Origin: Gemmatimonadota bacterium
GTDB lineage: Bacteria; Gemmatimonadota; Gemmatimonadetes; Palauibacterales; Palauibacteraceae
Assembly (NCBI GenBank): GCA_039588275.1
Contig: JBDHAC010000029.1
Span: forward strand, 1-51,175
Reading direction: 5' to 3'
Length of the DNA stretch: 51,175 nt
Shown here in pieces: positions 19,060 to 29,165 of this stretch. How positions within the stretch are numbered: position 1 is the first letter of the stretch; each line of letters opens with the position of its first letter. The notes beneath the pieces are model-generated. The model was not told where the DNA came from. It made no database searches and saw only the letters and a program-made list of their open reading frames with translations. A program made the position numbers and the translations under genes.

Positions 19060-19488
19060 TCAGGACGCCTCGACGTCCTCGGTGCTCTCGGCGAGCGCCG
19101 CCTTGTACGCCTCCTTCGACTCCGAGACCCTCTCTTCAAGGTCGCCCCGCGCACGCTTCGCGGCTTCCTTGCCGGCCTTGAGCGCCTCTTCCGCCTTGTG
19201 CCTCCGCTCACGCACCTGCTCGCGAGCGACTTCCACCCGCTCGGCGACGTCCTCGCGCGCTTTGTCGTAACCTTCCTCTACGCTCTCGCGGATCTCCGAG
19301 AACTTGTCCTCGGCACTGCGTCGGAGGCGGCGGGCGCCCTCTTTGATGTCGGCCTGCGTCTCTTCCCCCGACTTCGGGGCGAACAGCAGCGCGGCCGCAG
19401 CACCGACCAGAGCTCCCCACAGGAAGGCGCCGAAGGCGGAGGTGCCTTTCTCGACGACGATATACGGCTGTGAATGGTCTTCTGGCAT
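19060..19488 (-). CDS. YtxH-domain protein
   Basis: [24 protein letters not shown] followed by a coiled coil. RBS GAGG before ATG 19488. Confidence 0.88.
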   Translation of the reverse strand: MPEDHSQPYIVVEKGTSAFGAFLWGALVGAAAALLFAPKSGEETQADIKEGARRLRRSAEDKFSEIRESVEEGYDKAREDVAERVEVAREQVRERRHKAEEALKAGKEAAKRARGDLEERVSESKEAYKAALAESTEDVEAS

Positions 19489-19667
19489 GACTGAGACCTC
19501 GTTCGTTGCGGAAGCTCGCCCGGCGAGTCTCCCGGCGGCTACTTCAGAATCTATCCGACGCTCGGCGCAGGGCAACGTCGCGCCCGGTCAGGGCACCACC
19601 GCGCGAGGTCACGGCGACGCCGCGTCAGTGGCGCGGCGGCGCGGCGTCAGGTCACGGTAGCGACGCG

Positions 19668-21215
19668 TCAGTTCCCGCCGGCGCCCTCCACCACCCGGTT
19701 GTACGCCTCCGGGTCCCATTGCGGCCGCCCGCCCGATTCCGCGATCTCCAGACCCAGGTAATAGACCAGACGCGTGATGCGCGATGCCTTCTCGTACAGG
19801 ATGCGATCGGCGTGATCGGAGGGACGGTGGTAATCCTCGTGCGTGCCCGTGAAGAAGAACAGGATCGGCACTCCCTTGCGGGCGAAGTGGTAGTGATCCG
19901 AGCGGAAATAGAAGCGCTCTTCGGGCCACGGATCGTCGATGACGGCCAGATTCAGCTCCGGGTGCTCGCCCGCCACGCGCTCGAGGGTCTGGCCCAGCGT
20001 GGATTCCTCCTTCCCGATCGCGACAACGGTGTCGCGCCAATTCCGGCCGATCATGTCGAGGTTCACGTTGGCGACGGTCGCCTCGAGCGGGAACAGGGGG
20101 TGCTCCGAGTACCAGCGCGACCCCAGCAGCCCCTTCTCCTCCCCACTCACCACCATGAACAGCATCGAGCGCCGCGGAGGAGTCGGCAGGGAGGCGAACG
20201 CCTCGGCCAGCTCGACGATGGCGGCCGTCCCGGACGCATCGTCATCGGCGCCGTTGTAGATGGAGTCCCCCGCCACGGGGCGGCCGACGCCCACGTGATC
20301 CATGTGGGCCGTGAAGATGATGAACTCGTCCTGGAGGCCGGGGTCGGAGCCCTCCAACCACCCGATCGCGTTCTGGCCCTCCGCGGCCCGAATCTCGGCC
20401 TCGCTGTGGAGCGTCGCGCGAAATCCCGTAGGGAACGCCCGCCCCGTCTGGAGCGCTTCGGCCACCGGTTCGGGGAGTGCACTCTCCGAGACCAGCACCA
20501 CGGGGGCTCCGAGCGCATCCGGCTCCCCCACCGACATCCGCGTCCGCCCGAAGAAGCGTCGCATGCCGGCTAGGTACTCGGTGCCCTCCGCCACCGCGAG
20601 GATCACTCCGTTCGCGCGGCGCCCGAGGATCTCACGCGCCGAGGAGAGCGCTCGTTGCACCTCCCGCCGGGTGACGCGCACCACCGGGATCTTCCCCGCG
20701 ACATCCACATTCGAATCGAGAGATGGCAAGAGGACCAGGGGGCCACGGCCATCCAGCCGCTCTCCCACCGGCGCCGCGATGAACTCGCTCGCTGAGTCGA
20801 GCGAGCGCTCGCCGCCGGGCCAGCTCAGGAGCACGGACTGCGCCCCTGGATCCCCAGGGCGAATCAGGGTCAGCGGGTAGGCCTGGATGTAGCTGTCCCC
20901 GTTCCCCGGGAGCAGCCCGAAGCGCTGGAACTCGCCGGCGATGTAGTCCGCCGTCTTGACCAGCTCGGGGCTCGGCGTATTCCGGCCCCGCATCGAATCG
21001 TGCGCGAGGATGCCGATCCGGACGCGCAAGTCGCCCGGCGTGATGGTCTCCACTGCGCTCGCGGTCCCGTCCTGCGCTCTTTCCTGCCCGCCCTGCGCGG
21101 CCAGCCTGGTGGCCGGTTCGGAGCAGGCCATGGCCGTCAAGATCAAGGCCGGCGTCAGAACCGCTCGTCTCCCCGTCGGGTGCAGCCACAACCCCCGCAT
21201 ATCCAAACCCCGCAT
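19668..21215 (-). CDS. M28-family aminopeptidase, probable lipoprotein
   Basis: AHMDHVG, NGADDDASG, GEEKGLLGS, NLDMIG, RSDH, HEDYH. Lipobox-like AMAC. RBS AGGAG. Confidence 0.92.
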   Translation of the reverse strand: MRGLDMRGLWLHPTGRRAVLTPALILTAMACSEPATRLAAQGGQERAQDGTASAVETITPGDLRVRIGILAHDSMRGRNTPSPELVKTADYIAGEFQRFGLLPGNGDSYIQAYPLTLIRPGDPGAQSVLLSWPGGERSLDSASEFIAAPVGERLDGRGPLVLLPSLDSNVDVAGKIPVVRVTRREVQRALSSAREILGRRANGVILAVAEGTEYLAGMRRFFGRTRMSVGEPDALGAPVVLVSESALPEPVAEALQTGRAFPTGFRATLHSEAEIRAAEGQNAIGWLEGSDPGLQDEFIIFTAHMDHVGVGRPVAGDSIYNGADDDASGTAAIVELAEAFASLPTPPRRSMLFMVVSGEEKGLLGSRWYSEHPLFPLEATVANVNLDMIGRNWRDTVVAIGKEESTLGQTLERVAGEHPELNLAVIDDPWPEERFYFRSDHYHFARKGVPILFFFTGTHEDYHRPSDHADRILYEKASRITRLVYYLGLEIAESGGRPQWDPEAYNRVVEGAGGN

Positions 21216-21396
21216 ATCTTCCTCGCTCCTTCGCTAAGCCGAGCTCGCGGCTGTACGCCCTCTAGCGCTGCCCCCCCCCCGCACGGCCCCGGGATTTCGG
21301 CATCTGCGCATACGAAAGGGTGGGTACACTTCGTACGCGGCAGGAGTGCCCAGCAACCAGATGGCGGGAGTCGCAACCGCGGGGTAGTGTGTGAGG

Positions 21397-22338
21397 ATGG
21401 CTCGAACGTCCGAAATTCCGGCCTCCGCGGGGCCAAAGCGCGAGCGACTGGACCTCGCCAGCCCGCGCGAGATCGCAGACATGGGACATCTGGAGCTGGT
21501 CGCACGGGGGGTCGTCGAAGGCTTCCTGATCGGCCTGCACCGGTCCCCTTATCGCGGCTTCTCGGTCGAGTTCGCCGAGAACCGGCCCTACAACGTGGGC
21601 GACGATCTCCGCTTCGCCGACTGGAAGGTGTTCGCGCGCTCCGATCGGCTGTTCATCAAGCAATTCGAGGAGGAAACCAACCTCCGGGCCTACCTGATGG
21701 TCGACATCAGCCGCTCGATGGGGTGGTCCTCCGACGAAGCGCGTATCGCCACGAAGCTGGACTACGCCCGGCTGCTGACCGCATCGCTATCGCTGCTCCT
21801 CCTGCGCCAGGGCGACGCGGCGGGTCTTCTGATGTTCGAGGAGGAGATACGCGATCAGCTGGAGCCGCGCGCCACGCGCCACCACTGGACGCGAATCGTG
21901 CGCGCGCTCGATGCGGCGGAGCCTAGCGGACGAACGGACGCGGGCACCGCTCTGCGAGATCTCGCCCGTCGGCTCCAGCGGCGCGGGCTGGTGGTCCTGA
22001 TCTCCGATCTCCTGGTCGACCCCGAGGCGACGCGCACGGCGCTCAGGTACCTGCGGCACGCCGGTCACGAGGTCCTCGTGTTCCACATCATGGACCCGGG
22101 GGAGCGCGAGCTTCCCGCGGCGGGCGAAGCCATCTTCTACGATCCGGAGACCGGCGAGGAGTTGGGCACCAACTCGGCGGCCCTCCGCCGCCAGTACCGC
22201 GAGGCGGTGACCGGAGCGATCGAGGGGTGGCAGCGCGAGGCGCTCGCAATTGGCGCCGAGTACGTCCTGGTCACGACCGATACGGCGCTCGGCATGGCGC
22301 TTCGGCGGTTCCTGCGCAAGCGCGCACGGCTGGGGTGA
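21397..22338 (+). CDS. DUF58 (vWA-like) protein
   Basis: GLHRSPYRGFSVEFAENRPYNVGDDLRFADWKVFARSDRLFIKQFEEETN, DISRSM, LISD. Confidence 0.93.
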   Translation: MARTSEIPASAGPKRERLDLASPREIADMGHLELVARGVVEGFLIGLHRSPYRGFSVEFAENRPYNVGDDLRFADWKVFARSDRLFIKQFEEETNLRAYLMVDISRSMGWSSDEARIATKLDYARLLTASLSLLLLRQGDAAGLLMFEEEIRDQLEPRATRHHWTRIVRALDAAEPSGRTDAGTALRDLARRLQRRGLVVLISDLLVDPEATRTALRYLRHAGHEVLVFHIMDPGERELPAAGEAIFYDPETGEELGTNSAALRRQYREAVTGAIEGWQREALAIGAEYVLVTTDTALGMALRRFLRKRARLG

Positions 22339-22466
22339 GCGCGGTCGAGGTGGCCGGGACGGGGGTCAAGGACGTCGAGCCGAGTGAGACCGGAGTCAGC
22401 GACGTCGAGGAGTGTGAGACCGGGGTCAGCGACGTCGTGATGCGCGAGGATCCGTTCGCGCCGTGA
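22335..22466 (+). CDS. Putative 43-aa acidic repeat peptide, translationally coupled on both sides
   Basis: GTG overlaps the DUF58 stop and TGA overlaps the BatA start (GTGA at both ends). Three 10-aa repeats. Confidence 0.4.
   Translation: MSAVEVAGTGVKDVEPSETGVSDVEECETGVSDVVMREDPFAP
22344..22433 (+). repeat. 3 x 30-bp degenerate tandem repeat
   Basis: gtcgaggtggccgggacgggggtcaaggac / gtcgagccgagtgagaccggagtcagcgac / gtcgaggagtgtgagaccggggtcagcgac. Confidence 0.85.
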
Positions 22467-24454
22467 GCCTTCTCTACGCCTGGGCTCTCGCCTTCGGATT
22501 GCTGGTCGTCGTGCCGCTCATCATCCACCTGCGCCGCCGGGAGACGAGCCGCCGGATCCCGTTCCCCGCCCTGCGATACCTGACGCGTGCCGAGGACGCC
22601 CGTTCCCGGTCGCTGCGGGCCAGCGACGTGCTCCTACTCGCGACACGGGTGGGTCTGCTGCTCCTGTTGGCGCTGGCGGCGGCGGGACCGCTGCTCGGCC
22701 GGGGGGGCGCGGCGGACCACCACCCCACCGATGTGGCGATCGTGATCGACAACTCGGCGAGCGCCGGGCAGCTGGCGGGTGGGCAACCGCTGGTGGAGCT
22801 GTTCGTGGAGCGGGCTCGGCGGACGCTCGCCGCCGGTCAGCCGTCGGACCGCTTCTGGATCCAGCCGCTCCTCGGCCCCCCACTGGCTGCGGGCGCAAAC
22901 GCCGCTCGGGCGATCGCGGCCCTGGATCGGGTGCAGCCGACCGGAGGTGGTGCAGACCTCGCCGAGGCGCTCGCTGGCGCGACCGCCCTCCTGCCGGCGA
23001 GCGAAGGCCGGCGACGAGAGGTCCACCTCCTCAGCGATCTGCAGCGCTCGGCACTGCCTCGCCCCGATCCATCGCCCGCGAGCGCGGGGACACCGATCGT
23101 GGTGTACGTGCCGCCGCTCGAATCCGTCGAGAACGGCGCGATCGCGTCGGTGCAGCTGAGCGGGGGGCCCACCGTTCCGAGTGGCTTCGGGCAGACGGCG
23201 ATCGTGCGCGTGGAGCGTTACCCGGGCGGGGTGGTGACCGCGCCGGAAACGGCGGGCGTCGATTCCGCGCTGACGCCCGAGGACGCGACGCCCGACGCGG
23301 AGGCCACCCTGCGGCTCGAGCTGGATGGACAGACTGCCGGCGGCGCACGGGCGCCGTGGGGCTCGGCGGTCACAGTCGGGCTCCCGCAGCTGTCGCCCGG
23401 CGTCCACCTGGGGCGGGTGGAGATCGAGCCCGATGGCCTGCGCCTCGACGACGAGCGTCATTTTGCGGTGCACGTCGTCGAGCCCCCTTCGGTCCGTCGT
23501 GTCGGTCTAGAGGACTCCTTTCTCGCCGTCGGGATCGAGACGCTCCAGGAGGCTGGACGACTCGGGAGCGGTCGAGCCGACGTAGTCGTCCTCGAAGGTG
23601 CTCCCCAGGGCGCCGGCGCGGATGCCGGGACGATCGTGCTGGTGCCACCGCTAGATCCGGTGGAGCTGCCCGCCTTCAACCAGCAGCTGGCCCGGCTGGA
23701 AACGGGTTGGAGGGCCGAGCTGGATCCCGGACGAGGCCAGATCGGCTTTGCGGAGAGCGCCGTTGCGCTCCCCCTGGAGGGCGTCGCCGTATACCGGCGC
23801 TACCTGTTGCGCCCCCTGGGCGGCGGAGCGACGGACACGGTCCTGCTCGCCGCGACGGACGGCGAACCTTGGCTCGTCCGCCGCCAGGTGGATGGGAGCA
23901 CCTTTCTGTTGCTCGGCTCGGCGCTAGATCCCACGGCTACGGACCTTCCGGCGAGCCCCGTCATGATCCCGTTCCTGGAGGCCCTGCTGGTTCGATGGTC
24001 GCACCTGGCCACCTGGCCACCCTCGGACTTCGAGGCGGGGGTCCCCCTCACCCTGCCCGAATGGGCCGATTCGGTCCGGGCCACCGACGGGGTGTGGGCC
24101 GCGGTCGAGCCCGGGGCGCCATTCACGGCGCTCTTCGCCGGCGTTTACTTCGTGAGCGGAACGAGCACCACCGGCGGGACGGCCCCCGGGCGGGTGGAGC
24201 GGACCGCGGCCTTCGCGGTGAACGTTCCCCCTCGAGAGCTCGACCTCGCCCTCCTGCCGGCCGATTCGCTTCCGGAACTGTTCCCGGACCGCGAGGTAAT
24301 CACGGCCGGGCCGGACGAGGGCGCGTGGGAGAGGGCGATCTTTCGCGCGCGCCGCGGGCGGGATGCAGTCTCGTGGCTGCTGCTGCTCGCGCTCGCTCTC
24401 GCGGCGACGGAGTTGGTCCTCGCCACGCCCGGTAGGGCCGCGAAACTCAGGTAG
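22463..24454 (+). CDS. BatA N-terminal domain / vWA membrane protein
   Basis: PLIIHLRRR...FPALRYL...LLLALAAAGP, IDNSAS MIDAS-like motif, LLSDLQ, C-terminal TM ending in E. Confidence 0.87.
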   Translation: MSLLYAWALAFGLLVVVPLIIHLRRRETSRRIPFPALRYLTRAEDARSRSLRASDVLLLATRVGLLLLLALAAAGPLLGRGGAADHHPTDVAIVIDNSASAGQLAGGQPLVELFVERARRTLAAGQPSDRFWIQPLLGPPLAAGANAARAIAALDRVQPTGGGADLAEALAGATALLPASEGRRREVHLLSDLQRSALPRPDPSPASAGTPIVVYVPPLESVENGAIASVQLSGGPTVPSGFGQTAIVRVERYPGGVVTAPETAGVDSALTPEDATPDAEATLRLELDGQTAGGARAPWGSAVTVGLPQLSPGVHLGRVEIEPDGLRLDDERHFAVHVVEPPSVRRVGLEDSFLAVGIETLQEAGRLGSGRADVVVLEGAPQGAGADAGTIVLVPPLDPVELPAFNQQLARLETGWRAELDPGRGQIGFAESAVALPLEGVAVYRRYLLRPLGGGATDTVLLAATDGEPWLVRRQVDGSTFLLLGSALDPTATDLPASPVMIPFLEALLVRWSHLATWPPSDFEAGVPLTLPEWADSVRATDGVWAAVEPGAPFTALFAGVYFVSGTSTTGGTAPGRVERTAAFAVNVPPRELDLALLPADSLPELFPDREVITAGPDEGAWERAIFRARRGRDAVSWLLLLALALAATELVLATPGRAAKLR

Positions 24455-24461
24455 ACGTTCT

Positions 24462-27400
24462 ATTTCTCGCTTCGCACTGATCCACGACGCCGTTCGCGAG
24501 CTGTCGCACGCGGCGGGACTCCCGGAGCAGCTCTCGCGAGCGGGGAGCGGGGTTCGCATCCGACCCCTCCCCGGTGCGGCGACATCCGCCCTGAGCACGG
24601 CTCTGTTGCAGAGAGGCAGCCCCGGCCCGGTCGTGTTGATCGTCGACACGCCGAACGACGCGGACGCCGTCTACGACGACCTGCGCGAGCTCGTCGGCGA
24701 CCAGGACTCCGCCTTCTTTCCGCAGCGAGAGGCGCTTCCGTACGAGGACTCGGACCCCCACCTCGAGATCTCGGCGCAGCGGGTCGACACCCTCGGCAGG
24801 TTGCTGGCCGGGCGCCTGCGTTATCTGGTCACGACGGCGCGGGCGCTCATCGAGCGCATGCCGATCCCGACGCGTGATGGCGACTTCGGGGTGGAGCTTC
24901 GGGTCGGTGCGGAGCCAGGGCTGCGAGCGCTCACCGAGCGTCTCGATGAGCTGGGCTTCGAGCGGACGTACACGGTACAGAGCGTGGGAGAGTACGCGGT
25001 GCGCGGCGGGATCGTCGACGCGTACGCGTACGGTCACCCGGCGCCGCTGCGGATCGAGCTGTGGGGCGATGAGGTCGCGTCTCTCAGACGCTTCGACCTG
25101 CTCACGCAGCGCTCGATCGAGGAGATCGAGGAGACGGAGCTTCTCCCGATTGATCTCCGCGCCGCGACCGAATCCGCGGGGGCAACCGACGACTCGGCGT
25201 CCCGTTCGTTGCTCGAGGTCCTCCCCGAGACCAGCTGTCTCGTCGTGCCCACCCCCGGCACGGGAGCGCAGAGGCGCCGCCAGCTGTGGGAGGAGACGGT
25301 CTCGGCGCGGCGAGCCGAGGCGCGGGCGTCCATCCAGGCCGAGGCCCTGGTCCTCCCACCCGAGGAGGCGGAGCGACGCATCGCGGGGCTTCGACGGATC
25401 GAGATGGGCGACGAGGGGCAGGAGCTGGCGATCGACGCCCCGCCGGCCATCGACCGCGACATGGGCCGCCTGGTCGGGGTCCTGAGCGATGCTCGGGAGG
25501 CCGGCGAGCGAGTCCTGATCCTGTGCGACAACGAGGGGCAGGTGGAGCGTCTCGAGGAGATCCTCCTGGAGCGGGCAGGGCCCGATCTCGCGCGCGCGAC
25601 AACGCTTGCGATCGGCTCGCTCAGCGGCGGATTCAGGATCGGTGGCCGGTGCCCGCTCAGCGTGCTCACCGATCACGAGATCTTCAGGCGTTCCCGTCGC
25701 CTGGGCGGGCGATCTCGGTTCCGCGGCGCCGCGACGCTCGAGTCGATCGCGTCTATCGCCCCCGGGGATTACGTGGTGCACATGGACCACGGCATCGGCC
25801 GCTACCGCGGCATCGAGCGAGTCGATGTCGGCGGGGAGACGATCGAGACGCTCGAGATCGAGTATGCGGACGGAGAGATCCTGCGCTTGCCACATTACCG
25901 CCTCGACCTGATCGAGCGGTGGAGCGCGACCGGGACGGACGGCGGTGAATCGCCTCCGCGCGTGCACAAGCTCGGTGGCAAGCGCTGGAAGCAGCTCAAG
26001 CGAAAGACGATCGCCTCCATCGAGGAGACGGCGATCGAGCTCCTGCAGCTGTACGCGCGACGCCAACTGGCGGAAGGGCACTCGTTCGAGGCCGAGACTG
26101 CCTGGCAGCGCGAGATGGAATCCGCCTTCGTTTACGACGAGACACCGGACCAGCTGGCCGCGTGGCACGCCATCCGGGGGGACATGGAGGAAGGCCGGCC
26201 GATGGATCGGCTCGTGTGCGGCGACGTCGGCTACGGAAAGACCGAGATCGCGATACGCGCGGCGTTCAAGGCGGTCCAGGATGGGAAGCAGGTGGGGCTC
26301 CTCGCCCCCACGACGATCCTCGCCGATCAGCACCTGCACACGTTCCGCGAGCGCCTCGCCGCGTTCCCCGTCCGGATCGAGAGCCTCTCCCGCTTCCGGT
26401 CTCCGGGCGAGCAGCGGAGAGTGGTCGAAGGCCTGGCGCGCGGGGAGCTGGACATCGTGATCGGGACGCACCGTCTCCTGTCCAAGGACGTCGGCTTCGC
26501 CGATCTGGGGCTCCTGATCGTGGACGAGGAGCAACGCTTCGGCGTGCGACAGAAGGAGCGGCTCAAGCAGCTGCGCGAGTCGGTGGACGTGCTCACGCTG
26601 ACCGCCACGCCGATCCCGCGCACGCTCCACCTGGCGTTGGGTGGCATCCGCGATCTGTCACGGATCGAGACGGCGCCGCGTGACCGGCTGCCCATCATCA
26701 CGCACGTCCTGACCTGGCATGACGACGTCATCGAGGACGCGCTTCAGCGCGAGCTGGACCGCGGCGGCCAGGTGTTCTTCGTGCACGACCGGGTCGAGAC
26801 GATCGACTCGCTCGCCAACCGGGTGCGAAAGCTGGTGCCGGATGCGCGCGTGGCGGTGGCGCACGGTCAGATGGCCGAGCGCGAGCTGGAGAGCGTGATG
26901 CACCAGCTGATGGCGCGGGACGTGGACGTCCTCATCTGCACGTCCATCATCGAGAACGGGCTCGACGTGCCGACCGCGAACACGATGGTCGTCCACCGGG
27001 CGGATCGGTTCGGGCTCGCGCAGCTCTACCAGCTCCGCGGTAGAGTCGGCCGTTCCCACCGCCGCGCGTACTGCTATCTCCTGGTGCCGTCGGACGTCAC
27101 CCCCGAGGCCGAGAAGCGCCTGCGCGTGCTCGAGCACCACACGGAGCTCGGTGCGGGGTACCAGGTCGCGCTCAAGGACCTGGAGCTCCGCGGCGGCGGC
27201 AACCTCCTGGGAGCCGAGCAATCCGGATTCGCCACGGCGGTCGGACTCGAGACGTATCAGCGCCTCGTCACGAGCACCGTCAGCCGACTGAAGGGCGAGA
27301 CGAAGGGGGAGCGGGCCGTCGTCACTCGGGTCTCGGTGGAGGGCGAAGCGTACCTGCCGGATGAGTACATCGTCGGGTCCGATCAAAAGATGCATCTCTA

Positions 27401-27794
27401 CCGGCGACTGTCGCGTCTAACCGAGCAGGAGGAGGTCGCCGACCTCCGCGAGGAGTTGCGCGATCGCTTCGGCCCGTTGCCGACGCAGGCGAATCGCCTG
27501 TTGGACGCGGCGGAATTGCGCGCTCTGGGTGCGTCCGTGGAGGCGGAGTGGGTCCGGGTCTCCGACGACTGGGCGCGCATCACGTTTGCCGCCGACGCGA
27601 CGCCCCAGCTCAGCTTGTTGAAGAACGCGCTCGGTGACCGTCAGCTCGACGTTGAAGTGCGGCGACTCCAGCCGTTATCGTTGGTGCTGAGGCGGGCGGG
27701 GACGGAACCGCTCCTGCCGACGTTGGTCGATGCGCTGAGGCTACTGGCCACGGTGAGCGGAGAGACGGTTCGGGTGGCCGCGGGAGGAACCTGA
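24462..27794 (+). CDS. mfd: Transcription-repair coupling factor
   Basis: VRGGIVD, GDYVVHMDHGIGRY, PMDRLVCGDVGYGKTE, DEEQRFG, TATPIPRT, QLRGRVGR, DLELRGGGNLLG. Start uncertain (see findings). Confidence 0.96.
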   Translation: MSRFALIHDAVRELSHAAGLPEQLSRAGSGVRIRPLPGAATSALSTALLQRGSPGPVVLIVDTPNDADAVYDDLRELVGDQDSAFFPQREALPYEDSDPHLEISAQRVDTLGRLLAGRLRYLVTTARALIERMPIPTRDGDFGVELRVGAEPGLRALTERLDELGFERTYTVQSVGEYAVRGGIVDAYAYGHPAPLRIELWGDEVASLRRFDLLTQRSIEEIEETELLPIDLRAATESAGATDDSASRSLLEVLPETSCLVVPTPGTGAQRRRQLWEETVSARRAEARASIQAEALVLPPEEAERRIAGLRRIEMGDEGQELAIDAPPAIDRDMGRLVGVLSDAREAGERVLILCDNEGQVERLEEILLERAGPDLARATTLAIGSLSGGFRIGGRCPLSVLTDHEIFRRSRRLGGRSRFRGAATLESIASIAPGDYVVHMDHGIGRYRGIERVDVGGETIETLEIEYADGEILRLPHYRLDLIERWSATGTDGGESPPRVHKLGGKRWKQLKRKTIASIEETAIELLQLYARRQLAEGHSFEAETAWQREMESAFVYDETPDQLAAWHAIRGDMEEGRPMDRLVCGDVGYGKTEIAIRAAFKAVQDGKQVGLLAPTTILADQHLHTFRERLAAFPVRIESLSRFRSPGEQRRVVEGLARGELDIVIGTHRLLSKDVGFADLGLLIVDEEQRFGVRQKERLKQLRESVDVLTLTATPIPRTLHLALGGIRDLSRIETAPRDRLPIITHVLTWHDDVIEDALQRELDRGGQVFFVHDRVETIDSLANRVRKLVPDARVAVAHGQMAERELESVMHQLMARDVDVLICTSIIENGLDVPTANTMVVHRADRFGLAQLYQLRGRVGRSHRRAYCYLLVPSDVTPEAEKRLRVLEHHTELGAGYQVALKDLELRGGGNLLGAEQSGFATAVGLETYQRLVTSTVSRLKGETKGERAVVTRVSVEGEAYLPDEYIVGSDQKMHLYRRLSRLTEQEEVADLREELRDRFGPLPTQANRLLDAAELRALGASVEAEWVRVSDDWARITFAADATPQLSLLKNALGDRQLDVEVRRLQPLSLVLRRAGTEPLLPTLVDALRLLATVSGETVRVAAGGT

Positions 27795-27797
27795 TTC

Positions 27798-29135
27798 ATG
27801 TCAGTGCACAGCCGAATCCTCATTGCCGTCGTGGCGATCGTCGCCGTGACCCGGCCATCCGTTGCGCAGGACCAGTCCGCTTCCGCTCCCGATTCGGCGC
27901 TCCTGGTCGACCGCATCGTGGCGGTGGTGGGCGATACCGCCGTTCTCCTCTCCGAGCTCCGTCTGGAGATGTTCCGGATCCAGGCCCAGGGCGCGCAGGT
28001 CCCGCCGGAAGGGACCGCCGAATGGCTTACTGTGGCCCGCCAGCTCCTCGCCGCGGCCGCCGATCGGTTGATCTTACTCCAGCACGCGAAGCGGAGCGGG
28101 ATCACCGCCGGGGACACCGAGGTGGAGAGCTACACGGACCAGCTCTTCCGGGAGCGGCGGCGGCAGTTCGCTTCGGACGAGGAGATGCAGCAGGCCGTGG
28201 AGAGCTCCGGCATGAACATGCTCCAGTACCGGCAGCAACTCCGCAACGAGGCCCGGGCCGAGATCCTGTTGAACCGGTACCGCGGCAGTCTGGAGAGCGG
28301 CGGCGTCTTGCCGGCCGTGGCCGTGAGCGAGGACGAGGTCCTGGCGGTGTTCGAGCGCGACTTCGCCGATCAGCAACGGCCCGCCACGGTCTCCTTCAAT
28401 CAGATCATCGTGATGCCGGTTCCCGGGGAGGAGGCCCAAGACAGCGCCATCGCGCGTGCGCGTACGGCGTACGAGGAGATCGAGGCCGGCGACGATTTCG
28501 AGATCGTCGCGCGCCGTCACTCGGACGACCCCGGAACTCGGGACCAGGGTGGCGAGCTGGGCTGGCTGCGCCGTACCGCGCTCGTGCGTCGCTTCGCGGC
28601 CGCTGCGTGGAGTGCGCCGGCCGGCGTGGTGGTGGGACCGGTCCAGACTCGCTTCGGGCTGCACCTCATCAAGATCGAGACGATCCGGCGCGACGAGCGA
28701 TTCCTGCGCCACATCCTCATTCGCCCGGAGATCGTGGAGGCGGATCTGGAAGAGGCCCGAGACTTTGCAGCTTCGTTAGCGGACAGCCTGCGGGCGGGCT
28801 CGGATGTCGAGCGACTGAAACGGGACCCGGCCGTGGTCGACGAGGAGACCCGTTTCGATGACGTGCTGGTGGAGGACGTGGGCGAGCGCTTCGGGCCCGC
28901 CTACGCCCGGGCCCTGCAGACGGCGCGCGCGGGAGATGTCGTCGGTCCGTTCCAGACGGGTGGGGGCCTCAATCCCGAGTACGCGGTGCTTCAGGTGCTC
29001 GACTCCAGATCGCAGGGAGTGTTCGAGCTGGAGGAAGTGGCGGACATCCTCCGCAGCCGAATACGGACCCAGAAGCAATTGGATCGGTACATTAGGGATC
29101 TGCGCGAACGGACGTATGTCGAGGTGCGTCTGTAG
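27798..29135 (+). CDS. surA: SurA-like periplasmic chaperone / parvulin PPIase
   Basis: Signal peptide, VDRIVAVVG, FEIVARRHSDDPG, GGELGW, TRFGLHLIK. Lies upstream of pdxA. Confidence 0.85.
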   Translation: MSVHSRILIAVVAIVAVTRPSVAQDQSASAPDSALLVDRIVAVVGDTAVLLSELRLEMFRIQAQGAQVPPEGTAEWLTVARQLLAAAADRLILLQHAKRSGITAGDTEVESYTDQLFRERRRQFASDEEMQQAVESSGMNMLQYRQQLRNEARAEILLNRYRGSLESGGVLPAVAVSEDEVLAVFERDFADQQRPATVSFNQIIVMPVPGEEAQDSAIARARTAYEEIEAGDDFEIVARRHSDDPGTRDQGGELGWLRRTALVRRFAAAAWSAPAGVVVGPVQTRFGLHLIKIETIRRDERFLRHILIRPEIVEADLEEARDFAASLADSLRAGSDVERLKRDPAVVDEETRFDDVLVEDVGERFGPAYARALQTARAGDVVGPFQTGGGLNPEYAVLQVLDSRSQGVFELEEVADILRSRIRTQKQLDRYIRDLRERTYVEVRL

Positions 29136-29165
29136 ATGCCATGAGGACGACGTAGGGAGGGGCGT

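Noticed and set aside
1357..26630. Long opposite-strand ORFs (1357-3282, 7874-9859, 24447-26630 and many shorter ones)
   Set aside because: They are antisense shadows of well-supported genes in high-GC DNA, with no recognisable motifs.
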